NCBI GenBank assembly: GCA_030390025.1
Contig: CM059438.1
Coordinates: forward strand, 79,856,001-79,920,000
Length of the DNA: 64,000 bases
Reading direction: 5' to 3'
Source of the DNA: Squalus acanthias
Lineage: Eukaryota
Shown: positions 37,465 to 51,454 of the stretch, piece by piece
Numbering within the stretch: position 1 is the stretch's first letter
Layout of the letters: the number at the start of each line of letters is the position of its first letter
The notes under the pieces: model-generated
Database searches by the model: none
The model's input: the letters and a program-made list of their open reading frames with translations, nothing else
What the model was told of the DNA's origin: nothing
Program-made: the position numbers and the translations under genes

Positions 37465-38990
37465 CATAACATTACATATTACATAGTATTTACAGCACAG
37501 AAACAGACCATTCAGCCCAGCTGGCCTATGCCGGTGTTTATGTACAACCCGAGCCGCCTCACACCTTACTTCATCTCACCTTATCAACAAATCTTTCTAT
37601 TCCTTTCTCCCTCTTGTACTTATCTATCTTCCCCTTAAATGCATCTGTGCTACTCGCCTCAACTACTCCATGTGGTAGCAAGTTCTACATTCTAACCACT
37701 GAGTAAAGAAATGTCTACTGAATTGCTTTTTAGATTTATTACTGACTATCTTATATTTATGGCCCCTAGTTTTGGACTCCCCCACAAATGGAAACGTCTT
37801 CTCAGCATACACCCGAACAAACCCTTTCATAATTTTGAAGACCTCTATCAGGTCAGCTCGCAGCCATCTCTTTTCCAGAGGAAGAAAGCCCCAGCCTATT
37901 CAGTCTTTTCTGATAGTTATAATCTCTGTGTTCTGGTATAATTCTTGTAAATCTTTTTTCCCACCTTCTCCAGTACTTCTATATCCTTTTTGTGATATGG
38001 AGACCAGAACTGAGCACAAGTCTCTGTGTGGTCTAACCAAGGTTCTACATAAGTCTAACATAACTTCTCTGCTTTTGAATTCTATTCCGCTAGAAATGAA
38101 CCCCAGTGTTTTGTCTACATTTTTTATGGCTTTGTTAACCTGCATTGCTACTTTTAATGATTTGTAAATCTGTACCCCCAGGTCCCTTTGCTCCTCTACC
38201 CCATTTAAATTCTTATTTTGCAAGGAGTAGGTGGCCTCCTTATCCTTCCTACCAAAATGTACCACCTCGCACTTAATTGTACTGAAATTAATTTGCCATT
38301 TCCACGCCCATTCTGCAAGTTACTTAATGTCTTGTATTTTGTCACAGTCTTCCTCAGTATTAACTATACTCCCCAATTTGGTGTCAACTGCAAATTTTGA
38401 TATTGTACTTCCGATTCCCAAGTCCAAATCATTTCTGTAAATAGTGAACAACAGTGGGCCCAGCACCGATCCCTGTGGAACACCACTTCCCACCTTCCAC
38501 CAGTCTGAGTAACTACCTTTAACCCCTACTCTCTCTTCTGTTTTGTAGCCAGCTCGCTATCCATTCTGCTACTTGTCCCCTGACTCCACATGCTCTGACC
38601 TTAGTCGAGTCTACTAAGCGGTACCTTATCGAAGGCCTTTTGAAAGTCTGTGTATAGTACAGCCACTGCATTACCCTTGTCTACTCTTTCTGTTTCTTCT
38701 TCAAAGAATTCAATAAGGTTGGTCAAGCATGACCTTCCCTTTTGAAATCCGTGCTGACTATTCTCTATTATATTTTTGGTTTCTAATAGTTTTTCTATTA
38801 CATCTTTGAGTAAAGATTCCAAATCTTTCCTACCACTGACGTTAAGTCAACTGGTCTATAGTTCCCTGGATTTGTTCTATCTCCGTTTTTGAATATAGGA
38901 ATAACATTAGCTGTCTGCCAGTCCTCTGGCACTATTCCCTTTTCTATTGAATGCTTATACACACATTAGTGCTACCTCTTCCTTAGTTTC
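37465..38990 (-). mobile_element. Decayed 5'-truncated CR1 LINE
   Basis: ORFs 38601..38822 (SQHGFQKGRSCLTNLIEFFEE, DFQKAFDKVP) and 37900..38265 (RDLGVQI, LVRPH). Degenerate tandem tail near 37470. Confidence 0.92.
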
Positions 38991-41900
38991 TTTAGTATGC
39001 GAATGAGTAAAAGTACGATTATAAGAATTATAATATACTTTTTCACAAGTGAAATAAACCTAAAAATGTGCCACTAATGGTGCATTATTTAAAATTTGGA
39101 AGTTTTAGAATAGTTTTGGTGCAATATGGAGTAACATGATGCAGACCTCGCCCCACAATTCTTCACACAAGAATTGCCTGCTGTCAGCCTTGCCATCTGG
39201 AGCAGAATCGAGGTACCTACCCAAGAAGATAAGGGAATATCAGAGCTGCAATTCACTCCAAGCTGCTGCTGTTTGTCTCTTGGTTGGTGAACCAAGAGAA
39301 GCATTAGAAGTGTGTTGAGAGTAGATAACCTGCCCATCTTCTCACCCAAGCTAAAGATGCATGCAAAAATCAAATTGTGGAAGGGAATATATTTTTAATT
39401 AAGGGAATTTTTAGTGCTAACTTTTGAAAGATTATATTTAATTGAACAATTTGTTAAATAGCACTATAGTCGCTGGTTCCCATAGAAATGGCGTTTCAGC
39501 ACAAGTACTGGGATTGGCTCTCCTTTGTTCACGCATCATTAGTCCAATCAACAGTATGCAGCTTGGCGAGGTGTGCAACATGTGGTACCAAAACTGATAT
39601 TTTCACATTTGAAATGTACTTATTTCATTAATCCAAAAATCACTGTAGGAAGTATAAATACAGGTGTATAAAAAAAAATATTTTTTGATATACACACACA
39701 AGTTGTTGCCTGCGGCAATATCCATAGTCAGTTGATGAATGTTTTTTAATATACAAGATGGCAATGAAGCTGGAGGAAGGATGAGAGTAATTCACTCCAC
39801 AGAGCCACCTGTGGCCACAGCCTGCAACTACATCCTAGCAGATGATATAGCAAAATGCAATATTGACCGAGCAACTTACAATAGTCAATGCTGACGGAAA
39901 AGCGTGACGGAAAATCGTGACTACCAGAAGAAAGGTTTGTGGACAGAAAGTGCACACGTATGCAAGCTTTAAAAACAAATCATAACAGTATGCAGCCAAT
40001 AACAGCACTGACATCCTTCCGCCATTCTTCCATGACAACCACAAATACTAGTTGTTCACATCCAAAGTTCATACACGTTTTTAATTTTTTTTAAATGCCT
40101 TTAGATTGGAGAGAATTATTCCAACAGTCTATTTGTAGATTCGTAAAACTTTCATAAGAAAAACATTACAAGTCTTCCAGTAGTCTTCCAAACAAATTCA
40201 ACTAGTGAGATACTGATAAATGCGCAGTAACCTATATTATTGATTGCAAGTTAAATATGAAAATACATACAAGTTTGCTGTTAAGTCTGCATTGGATGGC
40301 AATTCTTACACCCTCCAAGTATAGGACAGCCAATTATAAACTAGTGCTATTTATTTTGCCCCCCCTGAGAATGGATCAGGAGCTGGGAGTGCAGTGGATT
40401 GGTATACTAACAGGCTGCGCCACCAAGTGGTAGAATACAAGTTCAGTCCCACATGATTCTTCACTGGCGTCACTCCCAATCTCAACTTTTCCATCTGAGA
40501 GCGCGATTTCTCGGAGGAGAGAATCAAGAGGCCTATTCAATTTGCTGTGTACCTTCTAAATGCTAATATAACACCACTGGTAGACTGCAAGCTGCATGAC
40601 ATCAGGCCCTCTCAATTACAGAACAGTGCAACACCATGGAAGGGCCGAAACAGAGGAAGAAGTTAGAAATACTACCTTGGGAAAAGCATGCTAATTAACA
40701 TAATTCCTAAAAATATATTTTTTTTTTGTAAAACTTCTACTTAATAAAACTGAGCAAAGTCTAACAATTTCTGAAGGACCAACATGCTTTCCAGCTGCAT
40801 ACAAATTTGAGAACATACTCCTACAAAGTTTTTCCAATTTCAAAATAAAGTGTCTAGCAAGGAACTGATTGTATTAATTATAATTGTTCGCACAAAAAAT
40901 TGAAAACTACAGTCCACTATTAATCTGAAAGGGTTTTTCAGATCAACGATTTTGAAGCATTTAACTTCCAGATTCACTATATGTCAAACCCTGCTTTGCA
41001 TCTGCCTTTATTGGGCATTGTTGCCAGATGGAAAATATTAAACAAAAAGGATTGCAACTAAATCAATCTGCTACAGCACAGTGCCAAAAGGCCCCATGCT
41101 AACTACAAGCAGATTTGCAGGCAGGTCTCGTTCTGTTACGACCTGGGTTCTGGCACATCCTTTGCCCCATCTAACAGCAGGAGGGCAGGGGCCGGCTGAG
41201 AGCTGCTACTGTGCCAAACAGACTGTGGAGTGCTTACTGCTTGAGTGCTTCTACAGAAAGAGTGTGAATCCAAGAGTCCATTGTAAACAACTACTGGTAC
41301 TTCCTGGCTGCTACTGTGCCATACATTTTGGGTGCTAAACATTTCAAGAAAAATGGCGCATTTTAATCCTTCAAAAAGAAATTCCAAACTCAAAGTGACA
41401 TTTTACGAGTGAAGCCTTTATAAAAAAAGACACACGGTTGTGTGCTCATCATAAATCACTCCTCAAAACTTGTACTTGTTAACCCAATCATTATTCTAAA
41501 AAGCACCAACATAAGTAATATGAAAAAACAATATCTAGAATTAAAGGAATATACTTAAGACACTCTATAAATTATATATTTTTTCAATGAATCCAGTAAG
41601 AAAAAAATTAAGTTAAAATTTGTACTTTTACCTGAAAACAGCTGGAAGATGCTTGTCTACAGTGCACACAAGACTGGACAATTCCTTTTTAAATTCATTG
41701 CATATGTAATATTAAATAAAACATATCAAATTCATTTTTTGAAAGACAGTTCCTTTCTACAATTGTCATATCTACTGGGGTGCTGCCACAATGCTGCAAC
41801 AGACCTTGGAAGATCCTCCAACCAAAAACAAGATACTAATTACTATTTGAAAACATTTTTAATTGATTTGTTGTCATGCCACTGGCTATATAATTAGATA

Positions 41901-44067
41901 CATTTTACATAAATGGGATTCCCTTCGTGTTTACATTTGAGGACTCGGATTTCCAGGCCCTGTCACCATCATACATCCTAGAGGGTGAACAAGTCTGGGC
42001 CATGCGCTTTTCCAGAGCCACTGCCAAATACACTCTGATTGGCCAGCGAGAACAATGTTGCACGATACTCTATTAATAGCCTTTCTTCTCTCCATCTCAT
42101 CATTTTGCATTGTGCTTGAACTGTTAGCCCTGCCAGGAACTGACAAAATTGTTGAATTGAGGTGGGCGCACTTGAGTGACAGTCCTGGGACTCCAACCTG
42201 GAACTCGGTGCAATGGCCATATTGGGGGCGAAAGTCGTAAGTTAGACCGCTATGCTCCCCAATCCTCCAGCGGCGGATTTAAGCCACAATTTGCTGGAAA
42301 AATAATTAGGATACATCACAGGAAGCATAACAGGAGTTCAGGAGCGGTGCGGCCAATGGCCAAAGTAAAAACACATTGTGATGAGATGTTACTCGGGCTT
42401 GGAAATGTTTAAAATAGATGTTTGAAGGTTAAACTGATGGGCAGAAACAAGCACAAATTCAAATTAGAGAGAGCTAATTCGCCTTAAAGACTGTTTTTAT
42501 ATCTGTCTGGTTAGTTCATTAGATGGAACAGTGATCCTCCCCTATTCCTATTGAGGCTGTACGAACAGCACGGAAACCAGAGGCTTTTAGTCTTCAGTTG
42601 CTCAAGCAGTCTGTAATCCCAGTGCCATTTCTGATTTACTACTTGGATTTTAATAAGGTGTAAATGGGCACATTGTGATCACTAACGACCACATTCACAA
42701 CGCAAAGGATTAACGATCCGAATTACATATAAAAAGTCACATTCGGGTGGTAGTTTAAGACTAGGAATCGGCAACCCGCTCTCGTCATATATATGTCATT
42801 TTTGTTGCTTTGCACTTTGCACCAGTGACCGTAGACACAGTCAGAACGGCACCACTGAATAATAAAACAAACACCTAATAAGGGCAACACAATTTTTTCA
42901 AATTTAAACTACGATTCCTGTTTTCGCAACAAACATACTGAGCCCACCAGTGCCATTCTGCAATGGTCTAAGTGGCTGTGGTGGTCACAGTGGCATTAAT
43001 TCAGCAAACTCAATTTCGCTGTTGATTTTAATGGGGGCAGAACTATGACAATTAGCAGTTCAACTTTTTCGGGGAGGGTCTCTGTGGAGCATTACAAAGG
43101 CCCAGCAAATTATGGCATGGCGTTACATAATAGCATAAGTCACACACGCCATCATTTCCTGGAATTTCTGCACCATAATAATGGCGTACGCTGTAGTTTC
43201 AGAAATTTCGATCCCTTGTGTTTGGGAAGTTGGTGCTCCATCTATTGTAATTGGAGTTTGTTCTGGTTAAATATTGTAGCTAAAAAATACATTTGCATAT
43301 CAAATGAAATGTATTAGTTCTGAACAAGTCATGGCTATTTTCTTTAAAAGGGAAAATATAGCCGATGGCTGCAACCAAGAACGCAAACCCTTTTCTTGTT
43401 ATGTTTGAAATATTCAACGTTTTCCGCAACTTCTGAAAACCTCATTTTATGGTGTACAGGCAAATTCAGACTGAATAAGCAATATGTCAAAGTAATTTGT
43501 TCACAATTGTCAGTCAAACCCACCCTGTAAATTTTTTTCACACAATCCAAGACGATTCAGCGCTTCCATCTGAACAGCACTTGTTCGAGTTGATGTGCTT
43601 CACTTTTCTACTATTCATACACAGCAAAATGGGCCCATAGACTACACTTGTAGTACACTAGATCATATCCAGTAAGCACTGTCCTCAGGCAAGGCAGCTC
43701 ATAGGTTACCACAATATTAACCCAGGAACACAATTCTTGTCGTGTACTTATCTTGTGTCATCAGAAATATGACATTCTTTACATTTCTCATTGACACAAA
43801 TATTTCTGAACTCTTCTAACTTGGGCTCTTCCATTATGGTTGGATTTGTTCCCGATTCCTGTCATTTCTTGTGTGTTTTAGCACACTGTTGGTTTTTATC
43901 TAGTTTCTTTTACAAAACTTGAATAACATTTTATTTTGCTATATTACAACAGAATACCATATATCCACTCTGGCTTATCCTGCCTCAGGCTGAACTTTAT
44001 TGTCCACATCTGAATCCGCACATGTATTCGCCATTGTATTAATCAACAAAAGTTGATTTAATGTCAT

Positions 44068-44143
44068 GGGGTACATTTTCAACTAGGTGTGCTGGTTTGG
44101 ACTGCCAGTTTTATGCCGAGACAGTAAGTTAAAAATCTTCCCC
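44068..44143. mobile_element. 76-bp mini-MITE
   Basis: GGGGTACATTTTCAACT ... AGTTAAAAATCTTCCCC, 14/17 inverted match. Confidence 0.55.
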
Positions 44144-47100
44144 ATATTGCTGATTGCCTAAATTATACCATCTACAGAAGTTGTATATGTTTCCTATTCA
44201 AGTTTGTACTGACAGTAACAGTTATACAATGACCAACTGCATATTTCTTGACTTTAAAAAAAATATTTGATGGTACGCTATTGCTTCATGATTGGGGTCC
44301 ATAAAGCCAATGGAAATAGTAAAGTATATGCCTTTCAGGATTGCACAATTACCTGTGCAACTGGGAGAGGGCAAAGCTGCCATAAAGTGGGCTTATATGT
44401 ATACTGTCTATTCGAAAGGAAAGTACAGCAAGTCTTGTGATATTCGAGGTGGTGGTGCATCACAGGGCTTATATTAAGGGACTATTAGATTTCCTTCTTG
44501 GCCTTAAACCATACTCTTAGTTATTTAGCTAACAATATTAATAAGCTCCACACTAATTTATAAACAGCTGCACAATTAAAACCTACAGGATCAATAAATT
44601 TGGCCAGTTAAGGGTCATTGTATGTATCATAGTAATTTAGCACTTCAGAGCAAAAGTATGATAGATCTTATTACATTTGCCCAGTTTTCCAATTCTCCAG
44701 TCTTTCAAAGTGGATCCTAAATATATCTTTTACCAAAACGTGCACCATAGCAGACTCATTTGGAGCAACACATTTTAAATAATAAAGACAATCTCAAATT
44801 AAATCTTAGTGCTTAATGTATTAATATATTAAATGCTAGGAATCCTATTTAATGCACGCCACAGAAGACCTGAGAACTGGAAAATCAACAGATCCTGTCA
44901 GACTACGCAGTATCTTGGACATATTCCCTTGCATTAGGTCCTGTTCAAAATCTCTAAAACCACCCACTGTTCTTGTAAAATAGCTGATGATTTATGAGGT
45001 AAATCCTTGTTTGCTTTTATCACAACATTTCAATCCAAAAGTTTTTAAAACTGAAATGATTCCAATGGTATGATGTGTGTCAAAAGCTCTTACTTACAAG
45101 ACTTATCAAAACAATGCAATCCTAATAGCACGAACACCCAGCTGGTTTAATAAATGTTGCTGAATACCCTGCTGTATTATGATATTCTTTCTAATTCTGT
45201 CCTTTAATACAACAGCTTATTTCCAGAATTCAAACTAGGCTTCATAAAGGTGACATTTACCTCATAATTCACATTCTTCTGTCAAGGTCAATATTTTCAT
45301 TATGATAAATCACCAATTACTGAAATTATTTTCTAACTCATGAAAACTTTTAATGATTAAACTTAAAAGTGTGCATTGCAGGGCCATACCATTGTGAAAC
45401 AAAGGGGAAAAACTCAATCAACACCGTTCTTCAAAATTCTTTCAGACTCAGTTCTAGGACTGAATGCTAACTTCAGTGCTGCAGTTGTGCTGTTCTTGCA
45501 CATCATTAACGACATGCAAATATTCATGGTGCAGAATTTCTTCACTCCAGAGCTTCAAAGACATTTCATATGGCAGATACTGAGCAATGACATTTTGCTA
45601 ATACCCAATTATAATAAAATGCATAATTACTCCATCATACAGATTAGCAACAAGCATAAGTACAGTAATAACTAGAGAGGTGCAGACACTGTTCAACAGT
45701 ACGATGATATACACTCGAAGTGACCAAAATAAACCCTTCAAGTCAATACACAAAATGTGCTCAGAATGCAGTAAATTTAATGCATTTATTTTCAGATTGG
45801 TAAACAACACAGTCCTTAATATTAGAATTTCTGGTATGTTCTGTTTAGTTTGACACAGTTGAATCTCTTTAGGTGGCCATTAATTGATTCTACGGCTTTT
45901 ATGTCACTAAGTTCTAGCTTCATACAAAGTTTCCATCTCAAAAGCTTTTAATCAAACCAAAATATAGCTTTGTAGAATTCTAAAGTTTTTTTCCTTCAGT
46001 AAAACCCTTAACATTTCCAATTTTAGCAAAGTGGTTTCCTTTTCTTAAAAGTGTGGCCAGAAATCTCTAGCACTGCATCGGTTTAAATGTTGAGGGACAC
46101 AACAATGGCTGAAGAGTTAATGTTGTGCTGTCTATATGCAAACAGTGGCCTGGGTCCCTAAAGGGCCTTGTTTGTCCCCACGTTTCACTGATTTGCCAGT
46201 TGGCAATCTTAAGCCAGGAAACTGTCAATTTCAATTCAGCTTACGGCTACATACTCCCATTAAAGAAGTCTTGCTGGTTAAGGGGCAGCCTCTGTTTCCA
46301 AAGCATGGGAACGAGGGCTCTGCATTCCTTAGATTTGAGCTGGCAACTTACACTGACTAGAATTTTCAAGGAGCAATGAATGAGCTTAACAAAGGCGTTC
46401 TGTGGCCAGTTTCTGGCTGTCATCCATGTCAACAGTTTCTTGGGTCAGAGGTCACACTAACTACATTTATTCCCAGCAGACCCTGTTCCAAACACAGACT
46501 GCAATAAGTACAAATTCAGAATTTTTCAGTAATCCCCCGAGATATCCCTGATCTTCCACATGTTTCTGCTCAATTAAAAAAAATTCTCACTTTGCACCCT
46601 CTGCTCTCGGAGAAAGAGGCCCAGTGGAAAAGAAAACATAGGATAGCACACAGACAAAAACAAAAAGAGCATTCCAAATAAAGAGAGTGACACTAAGTGT
46701 AACATATTCTGCTAACCAGATTAACACTTCCAATGAATACTGTACATCAGATATGTCACAGATGGAGGTACCTACTGTTCCTACACCTTTTACAATACGA
46801 TCCTGTCCTTCCATCATCCAAAAAAAATGTAGAAGCCTTCTCAATTTCTGACAGCAGTTACCTGTACTAGTAAAAAGAACTGCTTAAGGGGATTCACTGG
46901 CTCTTATATACAGTAAGGGGAAAAGTGAACTTATTTATAAAATTTCCTCTCAATTATCAAAGCCAACCTTTGGTACATTTTTCATTCAGTTGTTTACATA
47001 TAACATTTCGTTTGGAGTACGTATGCCAACTATTGTGTATTTGTTAATTGAAAACAATCACAAGACACCAGATGCTTAAATCGAGCACTGGCAAGAGCAC

Positions 47101-48229
47101 GCTGAATGTTGATAAATGCTATTTAAAGAGCCCCAAACTCCCAATCTGTTAATATATAAATGATACTAATATACACATGCCACAGCTAACCAATATGCAC
47201 ACCCCTCTAAATACTGACTTATCAGAATTTTTAGAATTCCAGAACTGTGGACAATGTAACTCTTAACATAAAAAATTAAAATTAAAATTAAACATAGTTA
47301 CAAAAATATTTAAAATTTTGAAAATTTGTATTTCCTGATAGAAATTTGTGTTTCTTTACCAACTAAAAGATATTTAGGTAATAGTAATAGGTTGCTTTCA
47401 AGTATTTTTGATTACAATGGGCACATTTGAAAAACAATATGCAATCAAAGAATTTTACTTGAGAAGATAAAAAGAGTAAATGTTAAAGGTAGAATACTAT
47501 TACCATGATCTTCTTAAATCCAAATACATAGAGCGTGACACTAACACTGATCTTGTTCCAGAAACACAGTTGATGTAGCAGTGAAAATAGTCAGAGGAAT
47601 AAACTACCCAATCAGATTATTTCAATTTTTCCAACTTAAATGAGAAGGCTGGAACATGGAGTATTCTCAAAACTAAACATCTCGTTATTGCATAAACTGA
47701 AGTCTTGAGTAATTTTGGTTTTAACTCGTTTATTCCGTACCTTTCAGTTTTGTAAACTCAGCCCCAGTTCAGCTTGAAATGAGAAGAAACATGAACTTGA
47801 CCATATATTTCAGGGGAACCTTTTTTTTTAAACATGGTCTTATAAAAGTGTCTCATTTAATGGCAAATGGCTTCTGTCCTGTGGCATTGCTCATGGGTAA
47901 TCTGGGGGGTGGTATTTAGCTGCAATGAGGGAAGCCTGTTTAACCCCAAGTGCCCTTTAAGGCCATTTCTCAGGTATTCCCTGTGGGGTACTAGTTTAAG
48001 TCAGACCATCCTGAGGTCAATTAGAGGCTTCTTGTTGAAGGAAGTTTGTGTAGATTGGCAGCTGCTTGTAAATCCCTGGCTCTATCTCTTGAGTGAACAA
48101 CCAGGTTATCAAGATCAGAAAAAAACAGCTTCCCTTCTTTTACATACATTCTTGACAATTCACAAGTGATAAATACGCTAGACAAACACTTTTGTATACC
48201 CATTTACAAGGGATACAGCAAGCAGGGTG

Positions 48230-48660
48230 GGAAGAAACAGGGCACAGTGGGAGGGAATCGACTGCAAAATAGGAGAGATGGGAAGGAGGACAGAGAATAG
48301 GAAACAGTGGGGCCTTGGAAATAAAACATAACATTAAGGGGGCAGGGAACAGACCAAAGCATGGGAAAGCCATGGAACAGAGCTCAACAGGTGGGGGCAA
48401 AAAGCACAGCACAGAGGGGTGAGGAACAAAGCATAGAAAGGGGTGGGTGCCAGGGAACAGATTGGTGAGGGTCCATTGATAGAACACATCAGCTTCAGGG
48501 GAGGCAATGCAGCACAGTAGAGCAAGAGAACAGGGCCATGAGTAGAATGGAGCAGGTAGGAGCAACAAGGGACAGGACGACAGTGATTTGAGTGCTGGGA
48601 AACATAGCACAGCAAGGGGAGGGGAGCATAGCATAGTAGAGAAAGGTGGTCAAGAGGAGA
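48230..48660 (+). repeat. Degenerate purine-rich low-complexity repeat
   Basis: Recurring gggaacag / cacagca / atagaa words. Produces the biased ORFs 48140..48634 and 48334..48615. Confidence 0.55.
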
Positions 48661-50639
48661 TATAAACGCACAACATAAACAAAGACAATCTTACTTTTTC
48701 ACGCCAGTTCAAATGAAGGCAAGATGATAACTTATGCAGCAGATTGCATGAGTTTGTAGAGTGGGTACCAATTACTCTACATCACATAATTACATCAAAT
48801 CAATATCACATGGTCAGCTACCTGTATCCTGCCTTAATTATTATTTAGAAACCATTTAAAAGTGTTTCTGAAAAGGGTTTCCAATTACACTGCCCAATTC
48901 CAATTAAATATTCAAACCATAAGATCACAGAAGTCAAGCAGCTAAATGGTACATGTGACTGGTGTACTGCAGGGTGTTCGTACCTAGGCTCACAACCATT
49001 ATTCTCACAAACTGAGTTCTTGAGCTCAACTGGGCTGCCAGGGGGCAATGACGAGGGCACTGGTGGGGAAGTGAAATAATCACGGGTCAAGTCAACCTCT
49101 TGGTTGGAATAGGTGTAGGAAGAAACAACCAAAAGCTACAAAATCCCCAAAAACATTAAAAATACTGGATTCATCAATTTATGAAATAACAGAGAATGCT
49201 GTTTGTCATTACCACATAAGATGGATACTACCTTTTAACATTGCTGTTAAACAGCCTAACTTCTGAAGCAACCCACTGAGAGCCACATAGTTTTTAAGAC
49301 TTGCAATAATCCAATTAAAATGCCAAGTGTGGAATAGTAAAATAAAATAAGCTCCCAGCATCAATAATGACAGCACGACATAGCTGATGGTTAAACAAGA
49401 AAGTTGTCCTCTGTAAAAGTACATTGAATGGCAGACTAGAACAGAATGTAATGATTAAAAGGCTGAGTCGCCACAACATTTTTTAATCAAAAGTAGCAGA
49501 AATTAGTAAACAAGCACTTAAAGAATTAATAAAATGGACATCATTTAAAGAGCAGTACAGAGTTTCTGCTGCTTCTTTATCCCAGATGATGGAAATTGAT
49601 GATAATGGCACGTGACTATCCAATCATTATTTATTGGCATTTTCAAAAGAAAACATTTTGAAGGTTCTAGGAATATTATTTTAATTTAGGTTTCTTTATA
49701 TGTAACCTGGGCATGACACTAATAAGGATAAATGTATTATTAAATTTCAAACTGTGTTCCAAATGTACACATTTATAGCACTGGACTCTGGACAGATTAC
49801 AAATTAGAATTGTACAGTGGAATTGATAATACAATTTTATTTTGTGCTGCAGTGAATGGCCTAACACAATAGGATTTACAATCACCCTGAACTATAAATA
49901 GATCCTCCAACACTCCTCTGCATCAGTCTGTAAAATAAAGCCTCAAATCACAAGCTTGTCAAATTACAAGCACAGTATCATTACTCATCAAATCTCCCGA
50001 TCCAATCGCAGATGCCTAGCTTCCATCGCTGTCCACCATGATAAACACAAAGCAAAAAAAACACAAGCAATGAAGAAAAAAAACACTCTAGGTTTCTTGT
50101 CATCGTAGAGAACAACAAACACTTAGATTGAGATAATGTTTTCAATAAAACATCACGTGACCTTTGCTCTCTTGGTTTATATCATCTTATCACTTCAGTG
50201 TGGTACTGCCATGTCATTAACTGCAGATTACTAACTTGTGTCTTATTTATTTACCTGCCTATCATTTTCAATTTTTTTTAAATTGACTAAAACTACTGAA
50301 AATTCCTTGGAATTGTAAATCAATTTACATATTCTAACTGATCTTCCGTGGTGTTGTTCGTATGTAGTTTGAGCTCCAGAGTGCATTTGTTAGTTGGTTA
50401 GTGTGGTCCCTGTCCAAACTGCGGAGAGGATCACAGTAAAAAGATCTAGCATCAAAACACTGAGAGGAGCCAGGGAGCAGGGAACAGAACTTTCAAATTA
50501 AATCCTGTGGACTTCAAGCAAAGTAGCAGCTTACCTGATCAACTGCACCAGGGAAATGACAAACTGTGGTGGCAGCTGTCCTGAGAGAATTATTTTTTCC
50601 CCTGGATCTGACTTCCAATCAGAAGACTACATCTAGCAA

Positions 50640-50875
50640 ACAGAGTGGTGAAGTAGGTTAAACACCAGCTTTTCACCACTAGGACCTGAATTTGAATCCA
50701 ACCCAGACTAATGGGATGATCGTTTCCTGTGTCGGTTGGTTGTAAGGGTCCTATGGGCAATCTTAATGTGGTCCGTAGTGGAATTGGGCCCACACCTCCC
50801 AATTCGCCAATATGTGGAAAGTGGAAAAAATAGTCACCCTGCTGCCAGCCAAGTAAGTGTGACGAAGAATATGAC
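50640..50875 (+). mobile_element. LF-SINE-like relic
   Basis: cttttcaccactaggacctgaatttgaatccaacccagactaatggg aligns with about 57541-57590. Confidence 0.5.
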
Positions 50876-51290
50876 ATACATTTTGAAGTGTGGTATTATG
50901 AACATGCCCTAGATACAAGTTTTAATATTCCAAGTAAATGTCATTTATATATTTAAGTGAGTCAGAAATCAAAATGGTGCCTGAAAGCATTTTTTTTTTA
51001 ATTGAGCAATATGAGGTACATATATATATTTTATGGTAGCTGCTAATACTAGATAACAATCTGAGCAACTTGATTGGCTGTACGTAGTTCCTCGTTTCCC
51101 ATTAATAGGTTTTTAGAAGTGACTATATTTGAGCAAAATGGCACGGTTAAGTTAACAGATAGTGGTTACTTGAGTCAATCAGAAAAGCCTGACAATTTAT
51201 TCATGCTACAAATTAAAAATATAATGTACACATTTAATGTGTAACACACACAACTTTCAGTTATATAAATAATTGAATATATAATTATAT

Positions 51291-51454
51291 AATCTTACCG
51301 CTCTTAGTTATAAGGATAGGGCCCTAGGGTTAGTATTTTTCACTTTGAAGAAACACCAGTTTAGAGGAGACGTGATTGAGATTTTTTAAATAATGAAGGG
51401 ATTCAATACAGTCTGCTTAGAAATGGATAGGGCGGGTCTGGTTAGAAGTCATAC
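51291..51454 (+). repeat. 164-bp direct duplicate of 51834-51996
   Basis: Aligned by eye, roughly 7-8 differences. Confidence 0.95.
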
